Positions 1 to 12,800 of a stretch of DNA of 64,000 nucleotides are shown here, one piece after another. Each line of letters begins with the position of its first letter. Positions within the stretch are counted from its first letter, which is position 1. The stretch lies in the NCBI RefSeq assembly GCF_009914755.1, contig NC_060936.1. One strand, given 5' to 3'. The notes beneath the pieces are model-generated. The model saw only the letters and a list, made by a program, of their open reading frames with translations, was not told the DNA's origin and ran no database searches. The translations under genes and the position numbers were made by a program. Source of the DNA: the human T2T-CHM13v2.0 reference genome, Homo sapiens.

Positions 1-55
1 CACACACCACAAATAAGTTACTGAGAATTCTTCTGTCGAACATTACTTGAAGAAA

Positions 56-72
56 TCCCGTTTCCAACGAAG
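56..72 (-). promoter_or_regulatory. CENP-B box (first of ~189, one per ~340-bp dimer through to 63893)
   Basis: The + strand TCCCGTTTCCAACGAAG is CTTCGTTGGAAACGGGA on the - strand, an exact match to YTTCGTTGGAARCGGGA. Confidence 0.97.
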
Positions 73-226
73 GCCTCAAAGAGGTCCAAATATCCACTTG
101 CAGACATTACAAACAGAGTGTTTCCAAACTGCTCCATCAAAAGAAAGGTTAAACTCTGTGAGCTGAACACACACATCAAAAAGAAGTTTCTGTGAATGAT
201 TCTGTCTAGATTTTATAAGAAGATGT

Positions 227-243
227 TTCCTTTTCTACCGTAG
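227..243 (+). promoter_or_regulatory. A-type monomer box (pJalpha-like site) at the position equivalent to the CENP-B box in alternate monomers
   Basis: TTCCTTTTCTACCGTAG lies ~171 bp after the CENP-B box. Related TTCCTTTTCTAC(C/A)TTTG occurs in the other non-CENP-B monomers, giving the typical A/B monomer alternation. Confidence 0.65.
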
Positions 244-1414
244 GCCTCAAAGCGCTTGAAATCTCCAGCTGCAAATTCCACAAAAAGGGTGTTTAACATC
301 TGCTCTTCTAAAGAAAAGTTCAACTCTATGAGTTGAATACACACAGCACAAAGAAGTTACTGAGACTTCTCCTATCAAACATTATATGAAGAAATCCCGT
401 TTCCAACGAAGGCCTCAAAGAGGTCCAAATATCTGCTTGCAGACTTTACAGACAGAGTGTTTCCAAACTGCTCCATCAAAAGAAAGGTTAAACTCCTTGA
501 GTTGAACACACACATCACAAAGTAGTTTCTGTGAATGATTCTGTCTAGTTTTTATACGAAGATGTTTCCTTTTCTACCTTTGGTCTCAAAGCGATTGAAA
601 TCTCCACATGGAAACTCCACAAAAAGAGTGTTTCAAATCTGCTCTTTCTGAAGGAAGGTTCATCTCTGTGAGTTGAATACACACACCACAAATAAGTTAC
701 TGAGAATTCTTCTGTGTAACATTATATGAGGAAATCCCGTTTCCAACGAAGGCCACAAAGAGATCCAAATATCCACTTGCAGACTTTACAAAGACAGTGT
801 CTCCAAACTCCTCCATCAAAAGAAAGGTTATACTCCGTGAATTGAACGCACACATCACAAAGTAGTTTCTGAGAATGATTCTGTCTAGTTTTTATACGAA
901 GATATTTCCTTTTCTACATTTGGCCTAAAAGCGCTTGAAATCTCCACCTGCAAATATCACAAAAAGAGGGTTTCACATCTGCTCTGTCTGAAGGACAGTT
1001 CACCTCTGTGAGTTGAATAGAGGCAACACAAAGAACTTACTCAGTATTCTTCTTTCTAGCGTTCTATGAAGAAATCCCGTTTCCAACGAAGGCCCCAAAG
1101 AGGTCCAAATATCTGCTTGCAGACTTTACAGACAGAGTGTTTCCAAACTACTCTATGAAAAGAAAGCTTAAACTCCTTGAGTTGAACGCACACATCACAA
1201 AGTAGTTTCTGAGAATGATTCTGTCTAGTTTTTATACGAAGATGTTTCCTTTTCTACATTTGGTCTCAAAGTGATTGAAATCTCCAACTGGAAACTCCAC
1301 AAAAAGAGTGTTTCAAATCTGCTCTGTCTAAAGGAAGGCTCAACTCTGTGAGTTGAATACACACACCACAAATAAGTTACTGAGAATTCTTCTGTCGAAC
1401 ATTACTTGAAGAAA

Positions 1415-4400
1415 TCCCGTTTCCAACGAAGGCCTCAAAGAGGTCCAAATATCCACTTGCAGACATTACAAACAGAGTGTTTCCAAACTGCTCCATCAAA
1501 AGAAAGGTTAAACTCTGTGAGCTGAACACACACATCAAAAAGAAGTTTCTGTGAATGATTCTGTCTAGATTTTATAAGAAGATGTTTCCTTTTCTACCGT
1601 AGGCCTCAAAGCGCTTGAAATCTCCAGCTGCAAATTCCACAAAAAGGGTGTTTAACATCTGCTCTTCTAAAGGAAAGTTCAACTCTATGAGTTGAATACA
1701 CACAGCATAAAGAAGTTACTGAGACTTCTCCTATCAAACATTATATGAAGAAATCCCGTTTCCAACGAAGGCCTCAAAGAGGTCCAAATATCTGCTTGCA
1801 GACTTTACAGACAGAGTGTTTCCAAACTGCTCCATCAAAAGAAAGGTTAACCTCCTGAGTTGAACACACACATCACAAAGTAGTTTCTGTGAATGATTCT
1901 GTCTAGTTTTTATACGAAGATGTTTCCTTTTCTACCTTTGGTCTCAAAGCGATTGAAATCTCCACATGGAAACTCCACAAAAAGAGTGTTTCAAATCTGC
2001 TCTTTCTGAAGGAAGGTTCATCTCTGTGAGTTGAATACACACACCACAAATAAGTTACTGAGAATTCTTCTGTGTAACATTATATGAGGAAATCCCGTTT
2101 CCAACGAAGGCCTCAAAGAGGTCCAAATATCCACTTGCAGACTTACAAAGACAGTGTCTCCAAACTCCTCCATCAAAAGAAAGGTTATACTCTGTGAATT
2201 GAACGCACACATCACAAAGTAGTTTCTGAGAATGATTCTGTCTAGTTTTTATACGAAGATATTTCCTTTTCTACATTTGGCCTAAAAGCGCTTGAAATCT
2301 CCACCTGCAAATATCACAAAAAGAGGGTTTCACATCTGCTCTGTCTAAAGGACAGTTCACCTCTGTGAGTTGAATAGAAGCAACACAAAGAACTTACTCA
2401 GTATTCTTCTTTCTAGCGTTCTATGAAGAAATCCCGTTTCCAACGAAGGCCCCAAAGAGGTCCAAATATCTGCTTGCAGACTTTACAGACAGAGTGTTTC
2501 CAAACTACTCTATGAAAAGAAAGCTTAAACTCCTTGAGTTGAACGCACACATCACAAAGTAGTTTCGGAGAATGATTCTGTCTAGTTTTTATACGAAGAT
2601 GTTTCCTTTTCTACATTTGGTCTCAAAGCGATTGAAATCTCCAACTGGAAACTGCACAAATAGGGTGTTTCAAATCTGCTCTGTCTAAAGGAAGGTTCAA
2701 CTCTGTGAGTTGAATACACACACCACAAATAAGTTACTGAGAATTCTTCTGTCGAACATTACATGAAGAAATCCCGTTTCCAACGAAGGCCTCAAAGACG
2801 TCCAAATATCCACTTGCAGACATTACAAAGAGAGTGTTTCCAAACTGCTCCATCAAAAGAAAGGTTAAACTCTGTGAGCTGAACACACACATCAAAAAGA
2901 AGTTTCTGTGAATGATTCTGTCTAGATTTTATAAGAAGATGTTTCCTTTTCTACCGTAGGCCTCAAAGCGCTTGAAATCTCCAGCTGCAAATTCCACAAA
3001 AAGGGTGTTTAACATCTGCTCTTCTAAAGGAAAGTTCAACTCTATGAGTTGAATACACACAGCACAAAGAAGTTACTGAGACTTCTTCTGTCTAACATTA
3101 TATGAAGAAATCCCGTTTCCAACGAAGGCCTCAAAGAGGTCCAAATATCTGCTTGCAGACTTTACAGACAGAGTGTTTCCAAACTGCTCCATCAAAAGAA
3201 AGGTTAAACTCCTTGAGTTGAACACACACATCACAAAGTAGTTTCTGTGAATGATTCTGTCTAGTTTTTATACGAAGATGTTTCCTTTTCTACCTTTGGT
3301 CTCAATGCGATTGAAATCTCCACATGGAAACTCCACAAAAAGAGTGTTTCAAATCTGCTCTTTCTGAAGGAAGGTTCAACTCTGTGAGTTGAATACAGAC
3401 ACCACGAATAAGTTACTGAGAATTCTTCTGTGTAACATTATATGAGGAAATCCCGTTTCCAACGAAGGCCTCGAAGAGATCCAAATATCCACTTGCAGAC
3501 TTTACAAAGACAGTGTCTCCAAACTCCTCCATCAAAAGAAAGGTTATACTCTGTGAATTGAACGCACACATCACAAAGTAGTTTCTGAGAATGATTCTGT
3601 CTAGTTTTTATACGAAGATATTTCCTTTTCTACATTTGGCCTAAAAGCGCTTGAAATCTCCACCTGCAAATATCACAAAAAGAGGGTTTCACATCTGCTC
3701 TGTCTAAAGGACAGTTCACCTCTGTGAGTTGAATAGAGGCAACACAAAGAACTTACTCAGTATTCTTCTTTCTAGCGTTCTATGAAGAAATCCCGTTTCC
3801 AACGAAGGCCCCAAAGAGGTCCAAATATCTGCTTGCAGACTTTACAGACAGAGTGTTTCCAAACTACTCTATGAAAAGAAAGCTTAAACTCCTTGAGTTG
3901 AACGCACACATCACAAAGTAGTTTCTGAGAATGATTCTGTCTAGTTTTTATACGAAGATGTTTCCTTTTCTACGTTTGGTCTCAAAGCGATTGAAATCTC
4001 CAACTGGAAACTGCACAAATAGGCTGTTTCAAATCTGCTCTGTCTAAAGGAAGGTTCAACTCTGTGAGTTGAATACACACACCACAAATAAGTTACTGAG
4101 AATTCTTCTGTCGAACATTACTTGAAGAAATCCCGTTTCCAACGAAGGCCTCAAAGAGGTCCAAATATCCACTTGCAGACATTACAAACAGATTGTTTCC
4201 AACCTGCTCCATCAAAAGAAAGGTTAAACTCTGTGAGCTGAACACACACATCAAAAAGAAGTTTCTGTGAATGATTCTGACTAGATTTTATAAGAAGATA
4301 TTTCCTTTTCTACCGTAGGCCTCAAAGCGCTTGAAATCTCCAGCTGCAAATTCCACAAAAAGGGTGTTTAACATCTGCTCTTCTAAAGGAAAGTTCAACT

Positions 4401-6846
4401 CTATGAGTTGAATACACACAGCATAAAGAAGTTACTGAGACTTCTCCTATCAAACATTATATGAAGAAATCCCGTTTCCAACGAAGGCCTCAAAGAGGTC
4501 CAAATATCTGCTTGCAGACTTTACAGACAGAGTGTTTCCAAACTGCTCCATCAAAAGAAAGGTTAACCTCCTGAGTTGAACACACACATCACAAAGTAGT
4601 TTCTGTGAATGATTCTGTCTAGTTTTTATACGAAGATGTTTCCTTTTCTACCTTTGGTCTCAAAGCGATTGAAATCTCCACATGGAAACTCCACAAAAAG
4701 AGTGTTTCAAATCTGCTCTTTCTGAAGGAAGGTTCATCTCTGTGAGTTGAATACACACACCACAAATAAGTTACTGAGAATTCTTCTGTGTAACATTATA
4801 TGAGGAAATCCCGTTTCCAACGAAGGCCTCAAAGAGGTCCAAATATCCACTTGCAGACTTACAAAGACAGTGTCTCCAAACTCCTCCATCAAAAGAAAGG
4901 TTATACTCTGTGAATTGAACGCACACATCACAAAGTAGTTTCTGAGAATGATTCTGTCTAGTTTTTCTACGAAGATATTTCCTTTTCTACATTTGGCCTA
5001 AAAGCGCTTGAAATCTCCACCTGCAAATATCACAAAAAGAGGGTTTCACATCTGCTCTGTCTAAAGGACAGTTCACCTCTGTGAGTTGAATAGAAGCAAC
5101 ACAAAGAACTTACTCAGTATTCTTCTTTCTAGCGTTCTATGAAGAAATCCCGTTTCCAACGAAGGCCCCAAAGAGGTCCAAATATCTGCTTGCAGACTTT
5201 ACAGACAGAGTGTTTCCAAACTACTCTATGAAAAGAAAGCTTAAACTCCTTGAGTTGAACGCACACATCACAAAGTAGTTTCGGAGAATGATTCTGTCTA
5301 GTTTTTATACGAAGATGTTTCCTTTTCTACATTTGGTCTCAAAGCGATTGAAATCTCCAACTGGAAACTGCACAAATAGGGTGTTTCAAATCTGCTCTGT
5401 CTAAAGGAAGGTTCAACTCTGTGAGTTGAATACACACACCACAAATAAGTTACTGAGAATTCTTCTGTCGAACATTACATGAAGAAATCCCGTTTCCAAC
5501 GAAGGCCTCAAAGACGTCCAAATATCCACTTGCAGACATTACAAACAGAGTGTTTCCAAACTGCTCCATCAAAAGAAAGGTTAAACTCTGTGAGCTGAAC
5601 ACACACATCAAAAAGAAGTTTCTGTGAATGATTCTGTCTAGATTTTATAAGAAGATGTTTCCTTTTCTACCGTAGGCCTCAAAGCGCTTGAAATCTCCAG
5701 CTGCAAATTCCACAAAAAGGGTGTTTAACATCTGCTCTTCTAAAGGAAAGTTCAACTCTATGAGTTGAATACACACAGCACAAAGAAGTTACTGAGACTT
5801 CTTCTGTCTAACATTATATGAAGAAATCCCGTTTCCAACGAAGGCCTCAAAGAGGTCCAAATATCTGCTTGCAGACTTTACAGACAGAGTGTTTCCAAAC
5901 TGCTCCATCAAAAGAAAGGTTAAACTCCTTGAGTTGAACACACACATCACAAAGTAGTTTCTGTGAATGATTCTGTCTAGTTTTTATACGAAGATGTTTC
6001 CTTTTCTACCTTTCGTCTCAATGCGATTGAAATCTCCACATGGAAACTCCACAAAAAGAGTGTTTCAAATCTGCTCTTTCTGAAGGAAGGTTCAACTCTG
6101 TGAGTTGAATACACACACCACAAATAAGTTACTGAGAATTCTTCTGTGTAACATTATATGAGGAAATCCCGTTTCCAACGAAGGCCTCGAAGAGATCCAA
6201 ATATCCACTTGCAGACTTTACAAAGACAGTGTCTCCAAACTCCTCCATCAAAAGAAAGGTTATACTCTGTGAATTGAACGCACACATCACAAAGTAGTTT
6301 CTGAGAATGATTCTGTCTAGTTTTTATACGAAGATATTTCCTTTTCTACATTTGGCCTAAAAGCGCTTGAAATCTCCACCTGCAAATATCACAAAAAGAG
6401 GGTTTCACATCTGCTCTGTCTAAAGGACAGTTCACCTCTGTGAGTTGAATAGAGGCAACACAAAGAACTTACTCAGTATTCTTCTTTCTAGCGTTCTATG
6501 AAGAAATCCCGTTTCCAACGAAGGCCCCAAAGAGGTCCAAATATCTGCTTGCAGACTTTACAGACAGAGTGTTTCCAAACTACTCTATGAAAAGAAAGCT
6601 TAAACTCCTTGAGTTGAACGCACACATCACAAAGTAGTTTCTGAGAATGATTCTGTCTAGTTTTTATACGAAGATGTTTCCTTTTCTACATTTGGTCTCA
6701 AAGCGATTGAAATCTCCAACTGGAAACTGCACAAATAGGGTGTTTCAAATCTGCTCTGTCTAAAGGAAGGTTCAACTCTGTGAGTTGAATACACACACCA
6801 CAAATAAGTTACTGAGAATTCTTCTGTCGAACATTACATGAAGAAA
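1415..6846. repeat. Tandem duplication of two HORs (period 2716 bp)
   Basis: Private variants recur 2716 bp apart: cagcataa, cctcctgag (1-bp del), gcagacttacaaag (1-bp del), tagaagcaac, tttcggag, ttctgtctaacatt, ctcaatgcg, tcgaagagat. The identical ORFs at 2018 and 4734 show the same offset. Confidence 0.9.
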
Positions 6847-9800
6847 TCCCGTTTCCAACGAAGGCCTCAAAGACGTCCAAATATCCACTTGCAGACATTA
6901 CAAAGAGAGTGTTTCCAAACTGCTCCATCAAAAGAAAGGTTAAACTCTGTGAGCTGAACACACACATCAAAAAGAAGTTTCTGTGAATGATTCTGTCTAG
7001 ATTTTATAAGAAGATGTTTCCTTTTCTACCGTAGGCCTCAAAGCGCTTGAAATCTCCAGCTGCAAATTCCACAAAAAGGGTGTTTAACATCTGCTCTTCT
7101 AAAGGAAAGTTCAACTCTATGAGTTGAATACACACAGCACAAAGAAGTTACTGAGACTTCTCCTATCAAACATTATATGAAGAAATCCCGTTTCCAAAGA
7201 AGGCCTCAAAGAGGTCCAAATATCTGCTTGCAGACTTTACAGACAGAGTGTTTCCAAACTGCTCCATCAAAAGAAAGGTTAACCTCCTTGAGTTGAACAC
7301 ACACATCACAAAGTAGTTTCTGTGAATGATTCTGTCTAGTTTTTATACGAAGATGTTTCCTTTTCTACCTTTGGTCTCAAAGCGATTGAAATCTCCACAT
7401 GGAAACTCCACAAAAAGAGTGTTTCAAATCTGCTCTTTCTGAAGGAAGGTTCATCTCTGTGAGTTGAATACACACACCACAAATAAGTTACTGAGAATTC
7501 TTCTGTGTAACATTATATGAGGAAATCCCGTTTCCAACGAAGGCCTCAAAGAGGTCCAAATATCCACTTGCAGACTTTACAAAGACAGTGTTTCCAAACT
7601 CCTCCATCAAAAGAAAGGTTATACTCTGTGAATTGAACGCACACATCACAAAGTAGTTTCTGAGAATGATTCTGTCTAGTTTTTATACGAAGATATTTCC
7701 TTTTCTACATTTGGCCTAAAAGCGCTTGAAATCTCCACCTGCAAATATCACAAAAAGAGGGTTTCACATCTGCTCTGTCTAAAGGACAGTTCACCTCTGT
7801 GAGTTGAATAGAGGCAACACAAAGAACTTACTCAGTATTCTTCTTTCTAGCGTTCTATGAAGAAATCCCGTTTCCAACGAAGGCCCCAAAGAGGTCCAAA
7901 TATCTGCTTGCAGACTTTACAGACAGAGTGTTTCCAAACTACTCTATGAAAAGAAAGCTTAAACTCCTTGAGTTGAACGCACACATCACAAAGTAGTTTC
8001 TGAGAATGATTCTGTCTAGTTTTTATACGAAGATGTTTCCTTTTCTACATTTGGTCTCAAAGCGATTGAAATCTCCAACTGGAAACTGCACAAATAGGGT
8101 GTTTCAAATCTGCTCTGTCTAAAGGAAGGTTCAACTCTGTGAGGTGAATACACACACCACAAATAAGTTACTGAGAATTCTTCTGTCGAACATTACTTGA
8201 AGAAATCCCGTTTCCAACGAAGGCCTCAAAGACGTCCAAATATCCACTTGCAGACATTACAAACAGAGTGTTTCCAAACTGCTCCATCAAAAGAAAGGTT
8301 AAACTCTGTGAGCTGAACACACACATCAAAAAGAAGTTTCTGTGAATGATTCTGTCTAGATTTTATAAGAAGATGTTTCCTTTTCTACCGTAGGCCTCAA
8401 AGCGCTTGAAATCTCCAGCTGCAAATTCCACAAAAAGGGTGTTTAACATCTGCTCTTCTAAAGGAAAGTTCAACTCTATGAGTTTAATACACACAGCACA
8501 AAGAAGTTACTGAGACTTGTCCTATCAAACATTATATGAAGAAATCCCGTTTCCAAAGAAGGCCTCAAAGAGGTCCAAATATCTGCTTGCAGACTTTACA
8601 GACAGAGTGTTTCCAAACTGCTCCATCAAAAGAAAGGTTAACCTCCTTGAGTTGAACACACACATCACAAAGTAGTTTCTGTGAATGATTCTGTCTAGTT
8701 TTTATACGAAGATGTTTCCTTTTCTACCTTTGGTCTCAAAGCGATTGAAATCTCCACATGGAAACTCCACAAAAAGAGTGTTTCAAATCTGCTCTTTCTG
8801 AAGGAAGGTTCATCTCTGTGAGTTGAATACACACACCACAAATAAGTTACTGAGAATTCTTCTGTGTAACAGTATATGAGGAAATCCCGTTTCCAACGAA
8901 GGCCTCAAAGAGGTCCAAATATCCACTTGCAGACTTTACAAAGACAGTGTCTCCAAACTCCTCCATCAAAAGAAAGGTTATACTCTGTGAATTGAACGCA
9001 CACATCACAAAGTAGTTTCTGAGAATGATTCTGTCTAGTTTTTATACGAAGATATTTCCTTTTCTACATTTGGCCTAAAAGCGCTTGAAATCTCCACCTG
9101 CAAATATCACAAAAAGAGGGTTTCACATCTGCTCTGTCTAAAGGACAGTTCACCTCTGTGAGTTGAATAGAGGCAACACAAAGAACTTACTCAGTATTCT
9201 TCTTTCTAGCGTTCTATGAAGAAATCCCGTTTCCAACGAAGGCCCTAAAGAGGTCCAAATATCTGCTTGCAGACTTTACAGACAGAGTGTTTCCAAACTA
9301 CTCTATGAAAAGAAAGCTTAAACTCCTTGAGTTGAACGCACACATCACAAAGTAGTTTCTGAGAATGATTCTGTCTAGTTTTTATACGAAGATGTTTCCT
9401 TTTCTACATTTGGTCTCAAAGCGATTGAAATCTCCAACTGGAAACTGCACAAATAGGGTGTTTCAAATCTGCTCTGTCTAAAGGAAGGTTCAACTCTGTG
9501 AGTTGAATACACACACCACAAATAAGTTACTGAGAATTCTTCTGTCGAACATTACTTGAAGAAATCCCGTTTCCAACGAAGGCCTCAAAGAGGTCCAAAT
9601 ATCCACTTGCAGACATTACAAACAGAGTGTTTCCAAACTGCTCCATCAAAAGAAAGGTTAAACTCTGTGAGCTGAACACACACATCAAAAAGAAGTTTCT
9701 GTGAATGATTCTGTCTAGATTTTATAAGAAGATGTTTCCTTTTCTACCGTAGGCCTCAAACCGCTTGAAATCTCCAGCTGCAAATTCCACAAAAAGAGTG

Positions 9801-12800
9801 TTTAACATCTGCTCTTCTAAAGGAAAGTTCAACTCTATGAGTTGAATACACACAGCACAAAGAAGTTACTGAGACTTCTCCTATCAAACATTATATGAAG
9901 AAATCCCGTTTCCAACGAAGGCCTCAAAGAGGTCCAAATATCTGCTTGCAGACTTTACAGACAGAGTGTTTCCAAACTGCTCCATCAAAAGGAAGGTTAA
10001 CCTCCTTGAGTTGAACACACACATCACAAAGTAGTTTCTGTGAATGATTCTGTCTAGTTTTTATACGAAGATGTTTCCTTTTCTACCTTTGGTCTCAAAG
10101 CGATTGAAATCTCCACATGGAAACTCCACAAAAAGAGTGTTTCAAATCTGCTCTTTCTGAAGGAAGGTTCATCTCTCTGAGTTGAATACACACACCACAA
10201 ATAAGTTACTGAGAATTCTTCTGTGTAACATTATATGAGGAAATCCCGTTTCCAACGAAGGCCTCAAAGAGGTCCAAATATCCACTTGCAGACTTTACAA
10301 AGACAGTGTCTCCAAACTCCTCCATCAAAAGAAAGGTTATACTCTGTGAATTGAACGCACACATCACAAAGTAGTTTCTGAGAATGATTCTGTCTAGTTT
10401 TTATACGAAGATATTTCCTTTTCTACATTTGGCCTAAAAGCGCTTGAAATCTCCACCTGCAAATATCACAAAAAGAGGGTTTCACATCTGCTCTGTCTAA
10501 AGGACAGTTCACCTCTGTGAGTTGAATAGAGGCAACACAAAGAACTTACTCAGTATTCTTCTTTCTAGCGTTCTATGAAGAAATCCCGTTTCCAACGAAG
10601 TCCCCAAAGAGGTCCAAATATCTGCTTGCAGACTTTACAGACAGAGTGTTTCCAAACTACTCTATGAAAAGAAAGATTAAACTCCTTGAGTTGAACGCAC
10701 ACATCACAAAGTAGTTTCTGAGAATGATTCTGTCTAGTTTTTATACGAAGATGTTTCCTTTTCTACGTTTGGTCTCAAAGCGATTGAAATCTCCAACTGG
10801 AAACTGCACAAATAGGGTGTTTCAAATCTGCTCTGTCTAAAGGAAGGTTCAACTCTGTGAGTTGAATACACACACCACAAATAAGTTACTGAGAATTCTT
10901 CTGTCGAACATTACTTGAAGAAATCCCGTTTCCAACGAAGGCCTCAAAGAGGTCCAAATATCCACTTGCAGACATTACAAACAGAGTGTTTCCAAACTGC
11001 TCCATCAAAAGAGAGGTTAAACTCTGTGAGCTGAACACACACATCAAAAAGAAGTTTCTGTGAATGATTCTGTCTAGATTTTATAAGAAGATGTTTCCTT
11101 TTCTACCGTAGGCCTCAAAGCGCTTGAAATCTCCAGCTGCAAATTCCACAAAAAGGGTGTTTAACATCTGCTCTTCTAAAGGAAAGTTCAACTCTATGAG
11201 TTGAATACACACAGCACAAAGAAGTTACTGAGACTTCTCCTATCAAACATTATATGAAGAAATCCCGTTTCCAACGAAGGCCTCAAAGAGGTCCAAATAT
11301 CTGCTTGCAGACGTTACAGACAGAGTGTTTCAAAACTGCTCCATCAAAAGAAAGGTTAACCTCCTTGAGTTGAACACACACATCACAAAGTAGTTTCTGT
11401 GAATGATTCTGTCTAGTTTTTATACGAAGATGTTTCCTTTTCTACCTTTGGTCTCAAAGCGATTGAAATCTCCACATGGAAACTCCACAAAAAGAGTGTT
11501 TCAAATCTGCTCTTTCTGAAGGAAGGTTCATCTCTGTGAGTTGAATACACACACCACAAATAAGTTACTGAGAATTCTTCTGTGTAACATTATATGAGGA
11601 AATCCCGTTTCCAACGAAGGCCTCAAAGAGGTCCAAATATCCACTTGCAGACTTTACAAAGACAGTGTCTCCAAACTCCTCCATCAAAAGAAAGGTTATA
11701 CTCTGTGAATTGAACGCACACATCACAAAGTAGTTTCTGAGAATGATTCTGTCTAGTTTTTATACGAAGATGTTTCCTTTTCTACGTTTGGTCTCAAAGC
11801 GATTGAAATCTCCAACTGGAAACTGCACAAATAGGGTGTTTCAAATCTGCTCTGTCTAAAGGAAGGTTCAACTCTGTGAGTTGAATACACACACCACAAA
11901 TAAGTTACTGAGAATTCTTCTGTCGAACATTACTTGAAGAAATCCCGTTTCCAACGAAGGCCTCAAAGAGGTCCAAATATCCACTTGCAGACATTACAAA
12001 CAGAGTGTTTCCAAACTGCTCCATCAAAAGAGAGGTTAAACTCTGTGAGCTGAACACACACATCAAAAAGAAGTTTCTGTGAATGATTCTGTCTAGATTT
12101 TATAAGAAGATGTTTCCTTTTCTACCGTAGGCCTCAAAGCGCTTGAAATCTCCAGCTGCAAATTCCACAAAAAGGGTGTTTAACATCTGCTCTTCTAAAG
12201 GAAAGTTCAACTCTATGAGTTGAATACACACAGCACAAAGAAGTTACTGAGACTTCTCCTATCAAACATTATATGAAGAAATCCCGTTTCCAACGAAGGC
12301 CTCAAAGAGGTCCAAATATCTGCTTGCAGACGTTACAGACAGAGTGTTTCAAAACTGCTCCATCAAAAGAAAGGTTAACCTCCTTGAGTTGAACACACAC
12401 ATCACAAAGTAGTTTCTGTGAATGATTCTGTCTAGTTTTTATACGAAGATGTTTCCTTTTCTACCTTTGGTCTCAAAGCGATTGAAATCTCCACATGGAA
12501 ACTCCACAAAAAGAGTGTTTCAAATCTGCTCTTTCTGAAGGAAGGTTCATCTCTGTGAGTTGAATACACACACCACAAATAAGTTACTGAGAATTCTTCT
12601 GTGTAACATTATATGAGGAAATCCCGTTTCCAACGAAGGCCTCAAAGAGGTCCAAATATCCACTTGCAGACTTTACAAAGACAGTGTCTCCAAACTCCTC
12701 CATCAAAAGAAAGGTTATACTCTGTGAATTGAACGCACACATCACAAAGTAGTTTCTGAGAATGATTCTGTCTAGTTTTTATACGAAGATATTTCCTTTT

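Larger units (their letters stand above)
56..1414 (-). repeat. One canonical 8-mer HOR unit (dimers A-B-C-D, 1359 bp)
   Basis: CENP-B boxes start at 56 (A), 395 (B), 735 (C) and 1075 (D); the next A box is at 1415. Confidence 0.95.

Noticed and set aside
2018-4931. 65-aa minus-strand ORFs at 2018-2215 and 4734-4931
   Set aside because: They are translations of alpha satellite opened by a 1-bp deletion and duplicated with the 2716-bp block. There are no gene features.
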